This document shows, piece by piece, positions 42,918 through 57,646 of a stretch of 64,000 bases of DNA; positions within the stretch are counted from its first letter, which is position 1; every line of letters starts with the position of its first letter. The notes below the pieces were generated by a model. It worked only from the letters and a program-made list of their open reading frames with translations, made no database searches and was not told the DNA's origin. The position numbers and the translations under genes are program-made. Origin of the DNA: Eledone cirrhosa (lineage: Eukaryota); contig OZ024755.1 in assembly GCA_964016885.1 (NCBI GenBank), positions 10,354,001 to 10,418,000 on the forward strand, read 5' to 3'.

Positions 42918-45228
42918 CACACACATATGTGTATGTGATAATGCACACTTAATGACTGGGCCACTCAGTTTCTATATAAATACACTAACTTCTGCTGTGA
43001 CAACAGCCGGGGTGAATGAAAGTGAAATTCGTCGCTTTGTTCCCACATTGAACTTGTTCTCATTGTTTCCCACCCGAAGTCAAAGCATTGTTTACAGATA
43101 GGTTTGCTTTCTTGCTTTTGTTACTTCCCGTGAAACTGGTTTTTTGGGGTTTTTTTTTTTTAATATCTGCCATGCCACACTTCGTAGCACAGATCTGACC
43201 GGCTTGATGCTTACAGAAAGGAAGTTGGGTGGGTTTGTCTGGGGTAAGGATGATGGGGTGGGATTCTTTTTTTTTTATATGTACTTTGTCATTTTAATTG
43301 GTTGTCATTTTATAACAACGTTTGGAATTTCTCCCCTACATGCGACACAACCAGAACATAATCTGCATACCAACATTTTCAAAAACCCACATCACTTTTC
43401 AATGGACTGACTCTCTCTCTATCTCCTGACACATCATTGTGCCATCATTTCGTGGCTGTTGTCTTCTATAGAATTCTCTTCCATTGTCGTGGCCAAAACC
43501 AGTCTATTGTTTAGAAAATTGCACAAGAGGCTGTATGTAGTGAGTCTTCGTAATTTTAACTGCGTAGAGAACTGGCTAAGATTGAAGACCTCCAGTGGTT
43601 TTCTTGTTAAAAGTTTCTGTGAAGTGTGTGTGTGTTCAGAATTGTGAAGATTTTTTTAATTTCAAGACATAATTGAAATTTACGATAGTAAGGTATTAAA
43701 ATGGGCTGATTTAATTTTTTTTTTAATTTTTTTTTTTTTGTCAAGGGATTTGAATGACTAAATTAGCTATTCTCTCATCGGCCTTGCGAATCAATTTATT
43801 TGTTACTGGAGATGGCACCACTGAGCACTCGATGCTATAGCAGTGTATAGCGTACTCCACACACACACACACACACACACTACGTATGTGTATGTATATG
43901 GTTCTGATCTAAGGATCTTAAGTCAAATATGTGTGTGACTACAGGTATGGGTCTAAGATTTATGGGTTTTAGTGGAAAAGTTTAAAACAAAAATCCCGTC
44001 TGTCTCCCAGAATAAACATTCAGTAACACAAAGGTTTATTTCCTAAATTCCCACCTAAAAAGCTTATACGGTCTACATTTATGGAATGTAGGCCAAGCTA
44101 GTTGTTGACATATAGACAATGAACAGGGATGGCCACCATATAATTTCTAAATACCAATTTCACAATTATACCGGTTTGTTGCCATGTTGCCTAGTTTCTA
44201 AAGAAATTCTGTCTTAATCATTCGTTGACAAAGGTTGACAGCCAGCTGTGAACACTCCCTAAAACTGAGTCACACCACCATAGCGAAATAAGTTTTGCTT
44301 TAATTAAATCATGACAGTGTAATTAGTGCTGAAAATTTTTTTTTTAATGAGTTTTCTATTGTTGCCTGTTTATTAGCTCATTCAGTGTATATACCACATA
44401 TACAATATAGCTTGGTGTATGTCATGAGTGCTGGATCTTTAACTATTGTAACACTTAAGCCGCATGAAACGGCCTCTAGTTCTCGACATTCAGTACAGAG
44501 CTGCTTATGTGGATGTGGTTATATATACATAAACCTCCTGCATATAAGAACCTTTAAGTTTTGCTCTAAACATCAGCTTAATAATGAAAAAGTTAGTTAT
44601 ATTTATCTAAAAACTTACCATCATAATTTTATGTAAGAACTTTTAGGTTATGCACGATGCATTTGCTGGATTTAATAATGGAAGACGTACGTGCAAATTG
44701 TTTGCAAAATAGGCAGCCTTTAGAAGTAAGGCAGCGAATGGGTTAACTTTGCTCAAGTCTTACTATCAACAAAATCACAGATAAATTAATACCCCAAATC
44801 CTTATACAAATAAGATTGTTTGGTTCTTTGATGCTATACTAATTAAACTTCCTGAGTGTTTTTGATTTTTGGATTAATAGTAAAAGTCAATCCCAATATA
44901 TGGATGAATGAATCAGCTGATAGATTCTTTTACTAAGCTTCATAAAAAGCAACTGAAGCATGAAAGCTGAAGAGATATTTAACTAGGCATTATGCGAACA
45001 TAAAAAAATAAAAATGAAAATTACAACTCACACCTATGATGTTCATGGGGGATTTCTTTGATGTTTTAATAAGGGCTGCAGTCTCTCCATGAAAAGCAAC
45101 ATGAATTGATACATCTTGCTAAAACCAAAAGCACCGCCCGGACCAGGAATCAAACCCACGCTTTCACTCTGAAATTCTAACCTTAGCAATAAATACTTCA
45201 TACACATGATTACCTAGTATTATAAACA

Positions 45229-45268
<40 letters not shown>

Positions 45269-45842
45269 TATATATATATATTCTGTCATTACGTGAGGTA
45301 AAAACATTATAACGAGAGAAGTTGAGCTCTTTTTCAAATAATTAGCTACGGTTAAATAGTGATTTGAAAAAAAGAAATACAGCTCACACGTGTGCAAGTT
45401 TAGCTGGACTTACACTAAGCGGCAGCATATACGAGATTTCAGAAGTGTTGTAATAATAGCCGCTGAAAAAGACAACTCGCTACCCGATCCAGAAATCGAA
45501 ATCACAACCTTTTCAGTCAGTCCAACACACTAACCACTAAGCCACGTGCCTTCACGATTATCTCTGTAGGTGTTTAGTATATTTATTCATTAAGTTAGAA
45601 CATGTATGTACTGGGAGTATGGAAATGGAGATACATTGTAGTATATGTTCTGTAATTTGGCAGCATGCTTTATTAATGTGTTCAGAAGACATATCAACAG
45701 TGGTGACTTTAATGCCGTATAAATATTAATGCATGCATGGTTGAATGGTTGGGAGTTCGCTTCGCAATCATTAGGTCCAAGGTTCAATTCTCCTGCGTGG
45801 CATTTTAAGCAACCGTCATTTACCATTACACATCGGGTCAAG

Positions 45843-46098
45843 CTGAATTTCCTTGAATTACATTAAGGATACACGTGCCTGTGGAATGTTCAGTTACTTG
45901 CGTGTTAGTTTCATGAACGTGTGATCGAACAACTGGACAATCATCGTCGAAAGCGATGGAGTTACATTCCATTCCATCAAGTAGCTCAGATTTACACATT
46001 ACAAAATGCCATGTGTGTAAGAGTGGACAGCTTACATATTTAATGTCCACGAAAAAGACAGGCAAACTACACTTCAATCACGTTCTTAAGGCTTCTTG
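45843..46098 (+). repeat. Dispersed repeat or composite SINE body, copy 1
   Basis: Highly similar to 63662-63927. Both are preceded by a tRNA-like head. Confidence 0.7.
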
Positions 46099-49000
46099 CT
46101 TGGTTAAGATACTCACTAGCACATAGCCAATATTTGCTGTGATGTGATACTGGGAAATCTTTGCTGTATATAGTAATTACACCCCTTCTCATTCACATTC
46201 GAACCAAAGCCAACCAGCACTACCAAAGACACCAAGTGCTGTCTCTCTGACGTGTTGTAACTGTTTTTGCATTAGTTATCATTATAATAATATAATACCT
46301 GCACGACATGCACGCCAACTACATACATACATTCACACGCTCACACATACATGTAAACAAACAGTATACTGTCCCTCTTCGCACATACATACACACGGTG
46401 TATGTATGTGTACCTGCACGCAAACTACATACACATACACACTTTATCCGTCGTCACACGCTCACACACGTATATATGTATGAAACCGCTTTCATAGTTC
46501 TACACATATACTCACCTAACTGTGTATTAGATATGTATATAGTACCAGTCAAATACTGGGTCGATTTAATCAGCTTTCTCCTACCCTTAAATCGCCGGCC
46601 TTATACCGCATTCCTTGTTTTCCACATGTATATACACGTTTAATATATTTATAAATATATATATATATGTGTATGTTTGTACATTTGAAACCACTTTTCT
46701 CGTTCTACACATGTACATACACATGATATGCATACGCTGCGTTTGTATTGTACGTGTGAAACCGCTTTCCTAGTTCTCCACACACACATAGATACAGACA
46801 ACCATCCGCTACTGCACCCCACCAACCACACCTTTTTAACTGGTTTCTACTTGAACAGCAATAGACAGGTAAAAACCAGCTCAACATACAAACAAGCTAA
46901 ATACTGAGAGGACCTGCGAAGTTTTCGCTCTTTCTACTGCTGTTACACCTCTCTCTCTTTACTGCTGTTACACCTCTCTCTCTCTCTACTGCTGCCACAC
47001 CTCTTCCTTACCCTCTAGTTCTCTGGTTCTCCCTTTCTCTCTCCCCCTCTCTACCTTATTCATCGTACCCATTCCTTATTTCTTTGCCTACTCCTCAACG
47101 ACCTATCTCTTTCTATTTTCTTCTCTCTCTCTCTCTCTCCTGCTCTGTCTATTTATCTATCTCACCATTTCCTTCACTTCCTATAAGCTCCCTAGTAACA
47201 ACAGCTGGGAAATGGAAGTTCTGTAAAAGAGGGAGAAGAGAGAAGCTATATCTATAATGGTGATGATGACTCATCACTTGTTGGCCTCTTTTCTTTCCTT
47301 TCATAACCAACTTATCTCCCCCTGCCACACTTATATATAATATATTTTATTTGTTTCTAGTTTTTCCTTTCTATTTCCTCTCTATCTATTTTCCTCTGCT
47401 CTTCGTGTCTTCCTGTCTTTCTCAGCTGTTGCTTTAAATTACTTCTCCCCCTCCTCCTCTCGCTATTTCCTCCCTCCACCTCTAGATTTTCTCTTGAGTT
47501 TGTTGTTGTTGAATCGGTTTTCACACACCAACATACAACGCACTTTTCCGTTCTCTCTTCTCCATGTCACATTATATAGATTTGTGTGCGTGTGAGTAAT
47601 ACAAAAATAAGCCATATTAACTCTGTACATTTTCTCTTTTAAGCCTTATTCTTCAATGAAATTGCCTCACTAGTCTCACCATTACCACCACCCCTTGAGA
47701 ATTGCTCAGCTAAGGTTCTATGACCGCTGGTGATGGGTTTTGGTGGTGGTGAGGAGGGGGCAGTAATAGGGGTTCACTTGTGACTAGCTCCCTTAACTTT
47801 TACGGTGAGTTAGTCACTAGACTTAATACTAGAATAATCACTGACTCTAAGACTACTACTACTATTACTAGCGGCTTCTGTCTGCATGAATCAAATCATA
47901 ATAATTGCTATCGATTCATACATCTAACCACCCAGCCCCGCTTCACACACACACACACACACGCGCACGCACGCACATTGTCAGTCATTTGCCAATATTT
48001 CGAAGTCACTGGCACCTTTGTTTTCAGAAAATAAAATCTTGCACTCTGCTCGTACACATGTATTGAGTGCTTATTCAGTTAATGATCGAACATTTAATGT
48101 GCATCAGTATTTAAAACACTTCAGTGTGTATATATATATATCTGTCTTGTGCTGTGAGAAAGATCTTAATGTTTCGTGCAGTACTTTTATTTCTGCAGGA
48201 AGGAAGAAAGGCTTCAGATATTAATTTCGTTTATTTTATTAATCTTTTAATTGCCTTTCTTATTATAGTTGTTGCTATATACAAACCTCCCACCATCGCT
48301 ATCTTAATAGTTTGTATGTTCTAGCAACTGGGCCCCTCCTTTCAACACGCATGCATATACTTGCCTGCCTAACTGCTTGCATACGTTTGTATGTGCGTAC
48401 ATACTCAAGACATTTTCTTAGATAATTAAATAATAAATTAAAGTGAAGTGTTCCTGTATAGACAGTGATGACACGGTGATTTTCTGCATGTGTTTCAAGT
48501 AGTTTCTGTAGCCCAAAAGTATTTTACTATTTATTAAACTACTTCGTCTACTTGTGGCTGGTACCAAGACACTTTCACATACGCCTAAGTGTGGGAATGG
48601 CGAGCTAGTGACTGAGTAGCTGATGAAATCGTTATGGTGTACATGATAAATGAGGCCAAACTAGATAATTTATACAGCCATGTGTATCTGTATACACGCC
48701 TACACAAACAAGCATAGACATTTACGCAGTGATCTGCATTCATAATTACATTTATCTATCTCGTACGATATTAATCTGTTACTTGACTTGGCTGGGGTAT
48801 TTTTTTATGCTAAGGCGACAGCCATTTTGGGGGTAACTACTGGTGCATATCTTTTGCAGCCCCCTATATTTATAGCTGTAAAATAAACCAGTAACGTGTG
48901 TGCACGTTACTAGGGGGGCTTCGAATGTACAGAAAGCTAAGTCACCAGTCTTTTCCGCAGAGCTACCTCAGACTTTCTGCTCCACGTGTGAAATTATTGT

Positions 49001-50300
49001 ATCAGTGGCCTAGAGAAGGCAAAAACACTTTTGGTGTTCTCTACCTTAATTAAGAGATGATAGGCGAGAGGAAGGGAGGGCCATTGTCTCCCCTCATACT
49101 CGTCTCCATTTTACTACGCTTCTTCATTGTTCTGTAATGAAATTCATTTCAGATAATCATAAAATTGCAAGGTTTTATTTATTTTTTTAAGTCAAACTTA
49201 TAGTTAGTAAGACTACAACTTCTATCCACTGGATTCTTCCTAATGAAATTAGTGAAAGTGGCTGAATATTCCACAGACACCCATAACACAGTCAGTGTGG
49301 CACGACTAGACATTTAAATTAGTGATACAATCTACAAAAAAAAAGAGAGGGGTTTGGGCTTTCAGGACGACTGGAATTTGAACTCAGAGCGCACTGAATT
49401 GAACGGCTTAATGCTCATGGAGATCGACGGAGAACCTTTCAGTTATTGCGTAATATTTCTTAGTGATTAACTGTCACATTGATAACAGTGACTGTTGTTG
49501 CTCAATTAAGTCCCTCGGTATTCCAAGATGTCATTTGTACAATCGAAAGTAGTTCTGCTTCTGCTTTCGTCTGAAATGTCAATGAGATCTTTACAGCCAA
49601 TAGAGTAAAACATTACCTGTGAGAGATTGGAGTCAACAAACCACATCACCGAACATTTCCATTAGTAGAAGCTCAAATGATCAGTGGAAAAAGAAATATA
49701 TAGAAGTATCTTCTCTGTTAACAAAGAATATTGATTGAGAACAGTATTTAATTTCTCAAAGTGTATCCTTGTATTTCAGAATATCACATATCCGCTGATC
49801 TCAATAATTAACTTTTATTAATATTTTCTAAATGATAGTGATTTATCAAATAAAGACAGTCAACCTCATAACTTTAAGATGCTTGTGGGTTATGCTCGAT
49901 GCTAGATCTATCAACCGTGGTAGTTTATTGACAGGGACAAGAGTAATAAATTTTTCAGCTTCATAAATCTTTATCCCACTTCGGTTGCCTGATCCTTTCT
50001 CATTTTCTATCTCAGCGTCTTGATATTAAAACTGTAACAAGAAAATTTTGTATCATAGTATTTTTGCCTTTTTTGTGGTTCATCTTTGACTTCTTTCTGT
50101 TTAATATTGAACATATTTTATTTGATTATCTAGAGTTAGTTCTTTTCAACACTCCTCCCTCTGTCTAATATTTTCTTTGCATCATTCCAAATATTGCTGC
50201 TTTCAGAGCAAATTAGGGACGAAAGATATATATCCACATACGCATACACATCTGTTGTATGAATATGACGAGTATGGAGAAACAAAAAAAAAAACTCGAA

Positions 50301-50766
50301 TAATATTCCACTGACATGTTTCACACGTTCAACTGTGGTACAAGTGAAGCAACGCCATATTGTCCAAGACTACTTTTGCAATTTCAAGACCTAAAATTCC
50401 CAATTTCAAGACCTACAATTCTCATGAGGGAATCTTCAATCAATAAGCAAGGGCATATATGTGTATATGTGGGTTCCTAATCCCTAGTGAAGAGGCGGTA
50501 TGTCTTAAGGGTTTAACCTGGCGGATCTCAGCCCAGCTTATTTCTTAGAGAGAAGCGGAATAAGAATCGACTCCTGTGTGTGTAATACATATTACCAGGC
50601 AATCGAAAAGGGATTAAGATAATAGATTGATTGGATCTTAAGAAATCTGGATTGAAATGACGCTTGTGTGTGTTTGATGAAAACCGGATATTAGATAACG
50701 TGGACAATATGGCGTTGCTTCACTTGTACCACAGTTGAACGTCTGAAACATGTCAGTGGAATATTA
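50301..50766. repeat. 66-bp inverted repeat in Tribbles intron 1, probably Penelope-derived
   Basis: 50301-50366 versus 50701-50766 with one mismatch. Contains GAAACATGTC, which looks like a minimal hammerhead 3' half. Confidence 0.8.
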
Positions 50767-50887
50767 TATAATATTCTAAAATGATTAAATATTTCATCAT
50801 TCACTTGATAATCTATTAAATTGAATTTTATTGAATACCTAAAACTGCGTTAATCTTGTCCTTAATTTAGCAACATTGACGAAACCC

Positions 50888-50926
<39 letters not shown>

Positions 50927-51909
50927 TTGCTTTCACTCGACAATCTCAAGGGCTTGTATTCATACTGTCGCAATAGTAATTAATGATTGTTAATTACGAT
51001 AGCTATGCCGCTAAGATGTTCGTTGAACATCTAGCTAGGATCAATTCGGAATGGCGACTAAGTGTTGGTGTGTGAAGTTATAAAGACTAAAGACACTATT
51101 TACAGGTTTGATGTCTTGAGTGTATGTCATCTGCAATAATAATTAATCATTATTATGTTAATTACAGCTATGCCGATAAGATGTTCCATTCCCCTCCGTT
51201 TTACAGCCAGGATAAATTCCGGCTGGCAACTAAGCGGTGGTGTGAACTTAAAATCACCCTTTATTGGTTTAATAATGCCTTAGGTGTCAAGAATTCTATG
51301 TTGCATGCGTGCTTTTGATGTATGCTGCATAACAGACGACCAACTTAGCAGAGCTTGGTCAGTTCAGTCTAATGGTTTACAATGAAGTCATCACTGATGA
51401 CTCAAGCTTTATGTATATATATTATTTCTACGAAAAGAATTTAATGAATTAGTTTTTAACATTTCCTCTCTCCTGCCTTTCTTTAATTCTCTCATATCTG
51501 ATTGTCTTCCTGTCGTGATTTCACTAGTCATCGGTACTTTTGTTGGTTTATTTCTTTCCTTTTTAGACATCTCTCTTTCTCCACACACATATATGTATGT
51601 GTTTGTGTGTATATATGTGTATATATATATATATATATAATCGTTTCCTTCCTCAACACTTCCTGTCTCCAGACAGACATCAAGTACATCCTTCTCTTTC
51701 TCTCACATATGAACATACACACACACTACACCTTGTATTTCAATTTTAAACTGTAAAACTGCAGGTATTTCACTCAGTGCAACACAACACTGGTGCTGAC
51801 TTTCATTCAGCTTTTCTCTTACTTCTCTCTTACTATCTCCTCCCTCCCTCCCGCTCATGTAAATCAGAAGTGTGTGTGTACATCCTGACGTTAAATGATG
51901 GTGGCGATG

Positions 51910-51952
<43 letters not shown>

Positions 51953-52857
51953 CTTAGCTCTTGCTTTGCATTGACTCTATTCTTGTTTGTATCAAAAGTT
52001 GTCTTTGCTGGGTGATGGATAGAATTGATTTCTGCCTCATAGCAACAATAACAATGATAATGATAGTGATGTTACCTTCTGAAGCAACATCACTGCAGTA
52101 GCAGTTTACCTGTGGAGCATTGCTTGCTTTCACCACCACCATCACCCATATACCCTACTACACGTACATCGGCTTCCTTCACTACCACCACCATCACCAT
52201 TGCTTTCTCTAACTCCACCTCACCACCACCACCACCACCACCGCCATTACATCGGCTTCCTTCACTACCTCCATCACCATTGCTTTCTCTACAGCCACCT
52301 CACCATCACCATTGCTTTCTCTACCTCCACCACATCACCAACACACGCTCGGCTTCCTCCACCATAGCTTCAAGTCCGTTATTTAACTACTCCCTTACCT
52401 TTTTCTACCTGCTTCACTACCGGCTCCCCCGTCCCCCTCTCTCTCTCTCTCCCTCTCTCCCTCTGCTCCCTAACTATAACAGCCAGCCAAGCTGAGGTTC
52501 TTTCTCTCTAACCTCTCTAACCACATACCTTCCTTTTTATCTTCTTTCTTTATTGCTATCTCAGTTGGATTTTTAGGTTTCCCAGATCGATAATCTATCC
52601 CTGTAGTATGTATTGTTTCTATATTTCCTTCAACATAATCATCCCTTATAACCATCTCCATCTCTCCTTTGCTCTCTTTCTCTCTCTAGCTCCTTTCTCA
52701 TCTCCAAGTCAGAAGTAGCTGTGTGGGTGTATATGTGTACGTATATATATGTGTGTGTATGTGACTCAACAGATGACAGCAACAACTGATGTGGAAAGGA
52801 GAACACCTCACATGAGATGTTAATATGTTAGGGAAGCTGAAAGAGAATCAGTAATCT

Positions 52858-52875
52858 CGTATGTATGTATGTATG

Positions 52876-52908
<33 letters not shown>

Positions 52909-53474
52909 ATATATATATGTCTGTATAGATAGATATATATAGATACACATACACACGTATATGTATCTATATATGTATATGTCTAACTATATATATGTAT
53001 ATGTCTAACTATATATATGTATATGTCTAACTATATATATGTATATGTCTATCTATATATATGTATATGTCTATCTATATATATGTATATGTCTATCTAT
53101 ATATATATGTATATGTCTATCTATATATATGTATATGTCTATCTATATATATGTATATGTCTATCTATATATATATATGTATATGTCTATCTATATACAT
53201 ATATATATAGATAATCTATATATATATATGTATGTCTATCTATATATATATGTCTATCTATATATATATGTCTATCTATATATATGTATATGTCTATCTA
53301 TATATATATGTATATGTCTATCTATATGTATCTATCTATATATATATATGTGTGTGTATATGTATCTATATATATATATATGTATATGTATCTATATATA
53401 TATATATATATATGTATGTATCTATATATATATATATATGTATGTATCTATATATATATATATATGTATGTATC

Positions 53475-53507
<33 letters not shown>

Positions 53508-53775
53508 CTATATATATATATATATATATGTATGTATCTATATATATATATATATATGTATGTATCTATATATATATATATATGTATGTATCTATATATA
53601 TATATATATGTATGTATCTATATATATGTATGTATCTATATATATATGTATGTATCTATATATATATATATATATCTATATATATATATATCTATCTATA
53701 TATATATATATATGTGTATGTATATGTATCTATCTATCTATCTATCTATATATATATATATATATATATATATGT
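52858..53775. repeat. Compound (TA)/(TATG)/(TATC) microsatellite
   Basis: Visible directly. Confidence 0.95.
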
Positions 53776-55124
53776 CGATGTATATGGGTGTATATGTACT
53801 TAGATGTGTATGTAACTATTTGATTCTATATCTTCATTTGTCTCTTATTCTGCCACTTCATTCGTCTCTCTCTCTCTCCCCTCCGCCCTCACCCCCCCCC
53901 CCCCTCCTCTCCATATATCTGCAATGGAGACAACAAAATAACCGACTCAATAATACACTTAGTTTGTTTTACAGATTACTCACAGCCACATCATTATATA
54001 CTGTAGTTGTTTTTTTTTTATTATCTCTCTCTCATTTCATTTCACACAGTCTATTTGAGGTACTTATTCTAATGTATCATCATCATCGTCAGTAATGTAG
54101 CAGATGTTAATATTGGTCTTAAATCATCACTATCATCACTATCATCATCACCACTGCCACTATCAATATGAGTCGTTGTAGCAGGTGGTATTACTGGTCT
54201 TAAACCACCATCGCCGGCATCAGCACCATCATAGCTTTCATCGTCATCACCAGGAGTGGTAGCAGGTGGCATTACTTACTGGTCTTCAACCACCAGCACC
54301 AACTCCACCCCCACCTCTACCCCACCCCTCCAAACTCAGTACATATAATCAGTGATAGTAGTCATAGTCGTCATTCTACACCACTCCACTCCACTCCACT
54401 CCACTCCACTCTACACTACACTAAACCACACTACACTCGCCATCATCACCACCACCACCTTTGATACATTCATATATTTGACTTTAGTATAAGCATTGAT
54501 TAATAGATACATGAAAAAAACGTGGGTGTATTGCCTTTTCTTTTGTTATTGTTTTAATAATAAACTTATCTCTTACTCATCTATATCTCACCCTCCATCC
54601 AGCCCCTTCTTGCCACACTCAGCCCTTTAAGCAAACAGATTTCTGTACCCCTCTTTTTTTTTAGACCCTCAAGTGTGTGTGTAAATCCATACTTATAGAC
54701 AAATGAGAAAATAAGATTATGGGGTTGGCAGCTGTCCATGTTTTATTTAAGAAGAGAGGGGGGAACCTCTTTGAGATAATCCCCCTCAATCCCTTTGTAT
54801 TTATTGTATCGTGTTTCACCTAGGCGTTTGAAAAAAAATTAAAATGTTCTACCATGTGTGAGGGGAGGGGGTGGTCTCTTCAACTTCTGAGTTGTTTCAC
54901 TTAAGGACCCCTGGACCTCGAGTCACCCCTGGTATATCTTCACAACTATATTATATAATACACCACTATGCATGTATTGAGTTTTAATTTTCTCCCATTT
55001 GCACAAACAAGCCTATGTTGTGTATATCTCTTGTATGCTGAAATAAGTCTTTTTTTCTTTTTCTAGTTGGATCATTTGGTATTAACCAAATGTAATACAA
55101 AACCAGTATTTTTTTTTTAATTAG

Positions 55125-55465
55125 AATATATAAAACTATATATATACGTGTGTGTGAATATTAAAATATTTATACATGTACATGTATGCGAGTGAATATA
55201 AAACTGTGTGTGTGTGTGTGTGTGTGAATATTAAAATATTTATACATGTGCATGTATGTGAGTGAATATAAAACTATATATATATACATGTATGTGAGTG
55301 AATATAAAACTATATATATATACATGTATGGATAAGTGAATATAAAACTATATATATACATGTATGTATGTGTGAATATAAAACTATATATATGCATATG
55401 TGCATGTGATTATGTAACTGAATATAAATATAAAACTATATTTGTGTATGTGTGTGAATATAAAA
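55125..55465. repeat. Degenerate minisatellite with a unit of about 36-38 bp
   Basis: Repeated GTGAATATAAAACTATATATATACATGTATG. Confidence 0.8.
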
Positions 55466-55669
55466 GTCAGTATGATCAATGACTTTCATTTAACCTTCAA
55501 TGATGTGGAAATCCTGTTTTGTAATGACATTTTGATTTAACTTGGTTTTTAGCTTGTAAATAAAACAGTATTAGAGTTAAGTACCTTGCCTAAGAACTCT
55601 ATGTACTGGGGATAAAGAAAGGGAATAATACAACCTGAATTCAGAATCTCCTACCTTAATAATTTTTAC

Positions 55670-55830
55670 ATTAGCATAAAGCCATAAATTTGAGGGGTGG
55701 GGTTAGTTGATTAATCAACCTCAGTATTTTGGATAATACTTTATTTTATTGACCCTAGAAAGGTGAAAAGCCAAGTTGACTTTGGTGGGGAGGTGTCTTG
55801 AACTCAGAACATGGAGGTCTGTAACTACAT
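55670..55830 (-). mobile_element. SINE (diverged)
   Basis: TACTTTATTTTATTGACCC...GAAAAGCCAAGTTGAC...TTGAACTCAGAAC. Confidence 0.55.
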
Positions 55831-56114
55831 GCAACAAAGCTGTTTTTGTACTAACTTTGGTAGACTTGAAACTGAAGTCAATATGATCCACTAAATCTCT
55901 TCAAGGTGGTGCCCCTGCATGGTTAGTCTATTGAACAGTAGTATGATTGGTCTTAGAATCTAGTTTACAAATTGATCTTTGCAAAGTGGCACTTGGTTCA
56001 ATAACTCCTCCAATAAACTCCAACTTTTTATTTCTTTTTTGTTGAACCCTCTTACTATTGTTGCAATGGATTGGCACTGCCGGTAGATCATCAAACCACA
56101 TGCTTTGTGGCATA

Positions 56115-56259
56115 TCTCGTTGCTTTTCATCATTATAGGGGTCAATAAAATAACAGTGCCAGTTATGTACTTGGGTTGATTTAATAAATTTTCCCCTTAC
56201 CCTTCAAATTACTGACATTGTGCCCAAAGTAGACACAATTTTATTATTATTGTTATTAA
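56115..56259 (+). mobile_element. SINE 3' part abutting the exon 2 acceptor
   Basis: TTGCTTTTCATC...GGGGTCAATAAAATAA...TTGTGCC followed by a (TTA)n tail. Confidence 0.55.
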
Positions 56260-56269
56260 TCTCTTCCAG

Positions 56270-56562
56270 GTGTTTCCTGTTGAGCGGTACCGGGAAGTGC
56301 TTAGTACATACTGGCAGGTGGACTGCCATTCTAACATATCAGGAGTGGAAGAGGTGATACTCGACAAGAATGGTGTCTACCTATTCTTTAAAACCAACTA
56401 CGGTGACCTGCACTCATACGTGCGGCAAAAGAAACGGTTGAAAGAAGCCGAGGCTTGTCGATTATTCCGACAAGTAGTAGAGGCAGTGGCTCATTGTCAC
56501 GAACATGGAGTAGTACTACGTGATCTCAAGCTTCGAAAGTTTGTCTTTGCTGATCCAGAAAA
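56270..56562 (+). CDS. TRIB2: Tribbles pseudokinase, coding exon 2 (293 nt)
   Basis: Acceptor ctcttccAG|GTG. Encodes YGDLHSYVRQKKRLKEAEACRLFRQVVEAVAHCHEHGVVLRDLKLRKFVF, including the Tribbles catalytic loop LRDLKLRKF. Donor AA|GTAAGT, phase 2. Confidence 0.95.
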
Positions 56563-57445
56563 GTAAGTTCTAAATTGTTCTTCTTCTTCTTATTATTATT
56601 ATTATTATTATTATGGTGGTGGTGGTGGATTGGCAGAATTGTTAGAGCGATGATCTATACCTTACTTTATAAATATCAAGTGCTGGGTTGGAATTAAAAA
56701 AGGACATCTGGCTGTAGAACACTGCCTCATAATGTCTCATTCAACCCATGTCAGCATGGGGAAACAGACAAAAACTTGACAATGTTCAGTTCATTTGCCC
56801 TTTCTGGCATGTCTTTCCGAGGTTGGTTCAATGAACTGGATAGCTGTTCCTTACTATATACTGTGTTTAAATTTACGTAGTATTAAGTGTATGTAATGTT
56901 TGCTATAGCTCAATAATTGACTGAGGAGTTAGGTTTACATTGGCATCCATCTGTCTGTGTGTCAGTGTTTGTACATGCCATGATTAGGTTTATTTACTAG
57001 TCAAGGTTATCACAACACACGCGGCATGTTAGAATAAATCTCATGTTAAGCCTAATGTAAATCTTCCTCCTCTTCCTCCCCTTCCCTCTGTCATAGCCTC
57101 AAAATGTTGAAATCCTTCACATGTAACCGTCATTTCTGATTGTCATCATCATCAGCATAATGTGAAGATGTATGGCTTGGAGGTTAGGGTGTTGGCTGCA
57201 CAATCACATCGGTCATGAGTTTGATTTCTGAACCAGACGAGGCAGTGATTTTGTGTTTTTGTAGATGCAATATAGTTTGTATCTGGTTTGGAATAGGTAC
57301 ATCACATCCCTGTGTGTTGTAAGAGACATCTAAAAGGGTTAGCGCCAGGAAGGGCATCCGGCTGTAAAAAAACATTGCTTCAAAAAAAACTCCATAAGTA
57401 TGGGTTCTGTAAGGCTAAACCCTGATTTAGCAAGGTAGTATAGCC

Positions 57446-57646
57446 TTAACCCTTTAACATTCACATTATTCTATATATACTATTATATTTTCATGGTAAA
57501 GGCTTTACCTCACATAATATCGAATCAATGAGATTTTGGTATTTATTTTAAGAACAATACCATAACATCAGTTTGTGTGACCAATTACAGCCAGTTTGAA
57601 CAGAAAGAAGTAGAGAATTTTGGCCGGTTTGAACATTAAAGGGTTA
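57446..57646. mobile_element. TTAA-type MITE in intron 2
   Basis: TTAA-CCCTTTAACATTCA ... TGAACATTAAAGGG-TTA termini. Confidence 0.45.

Noticed and set aside
53017-54095. Long YI/YM-rich ORFs (also at 901-1433, 9094-9415, 10602-11355 and 19325-20663)
   Set aside because: They are translations of (TA)/(TG)/(TATG) microsatellites that lack stops by construction.
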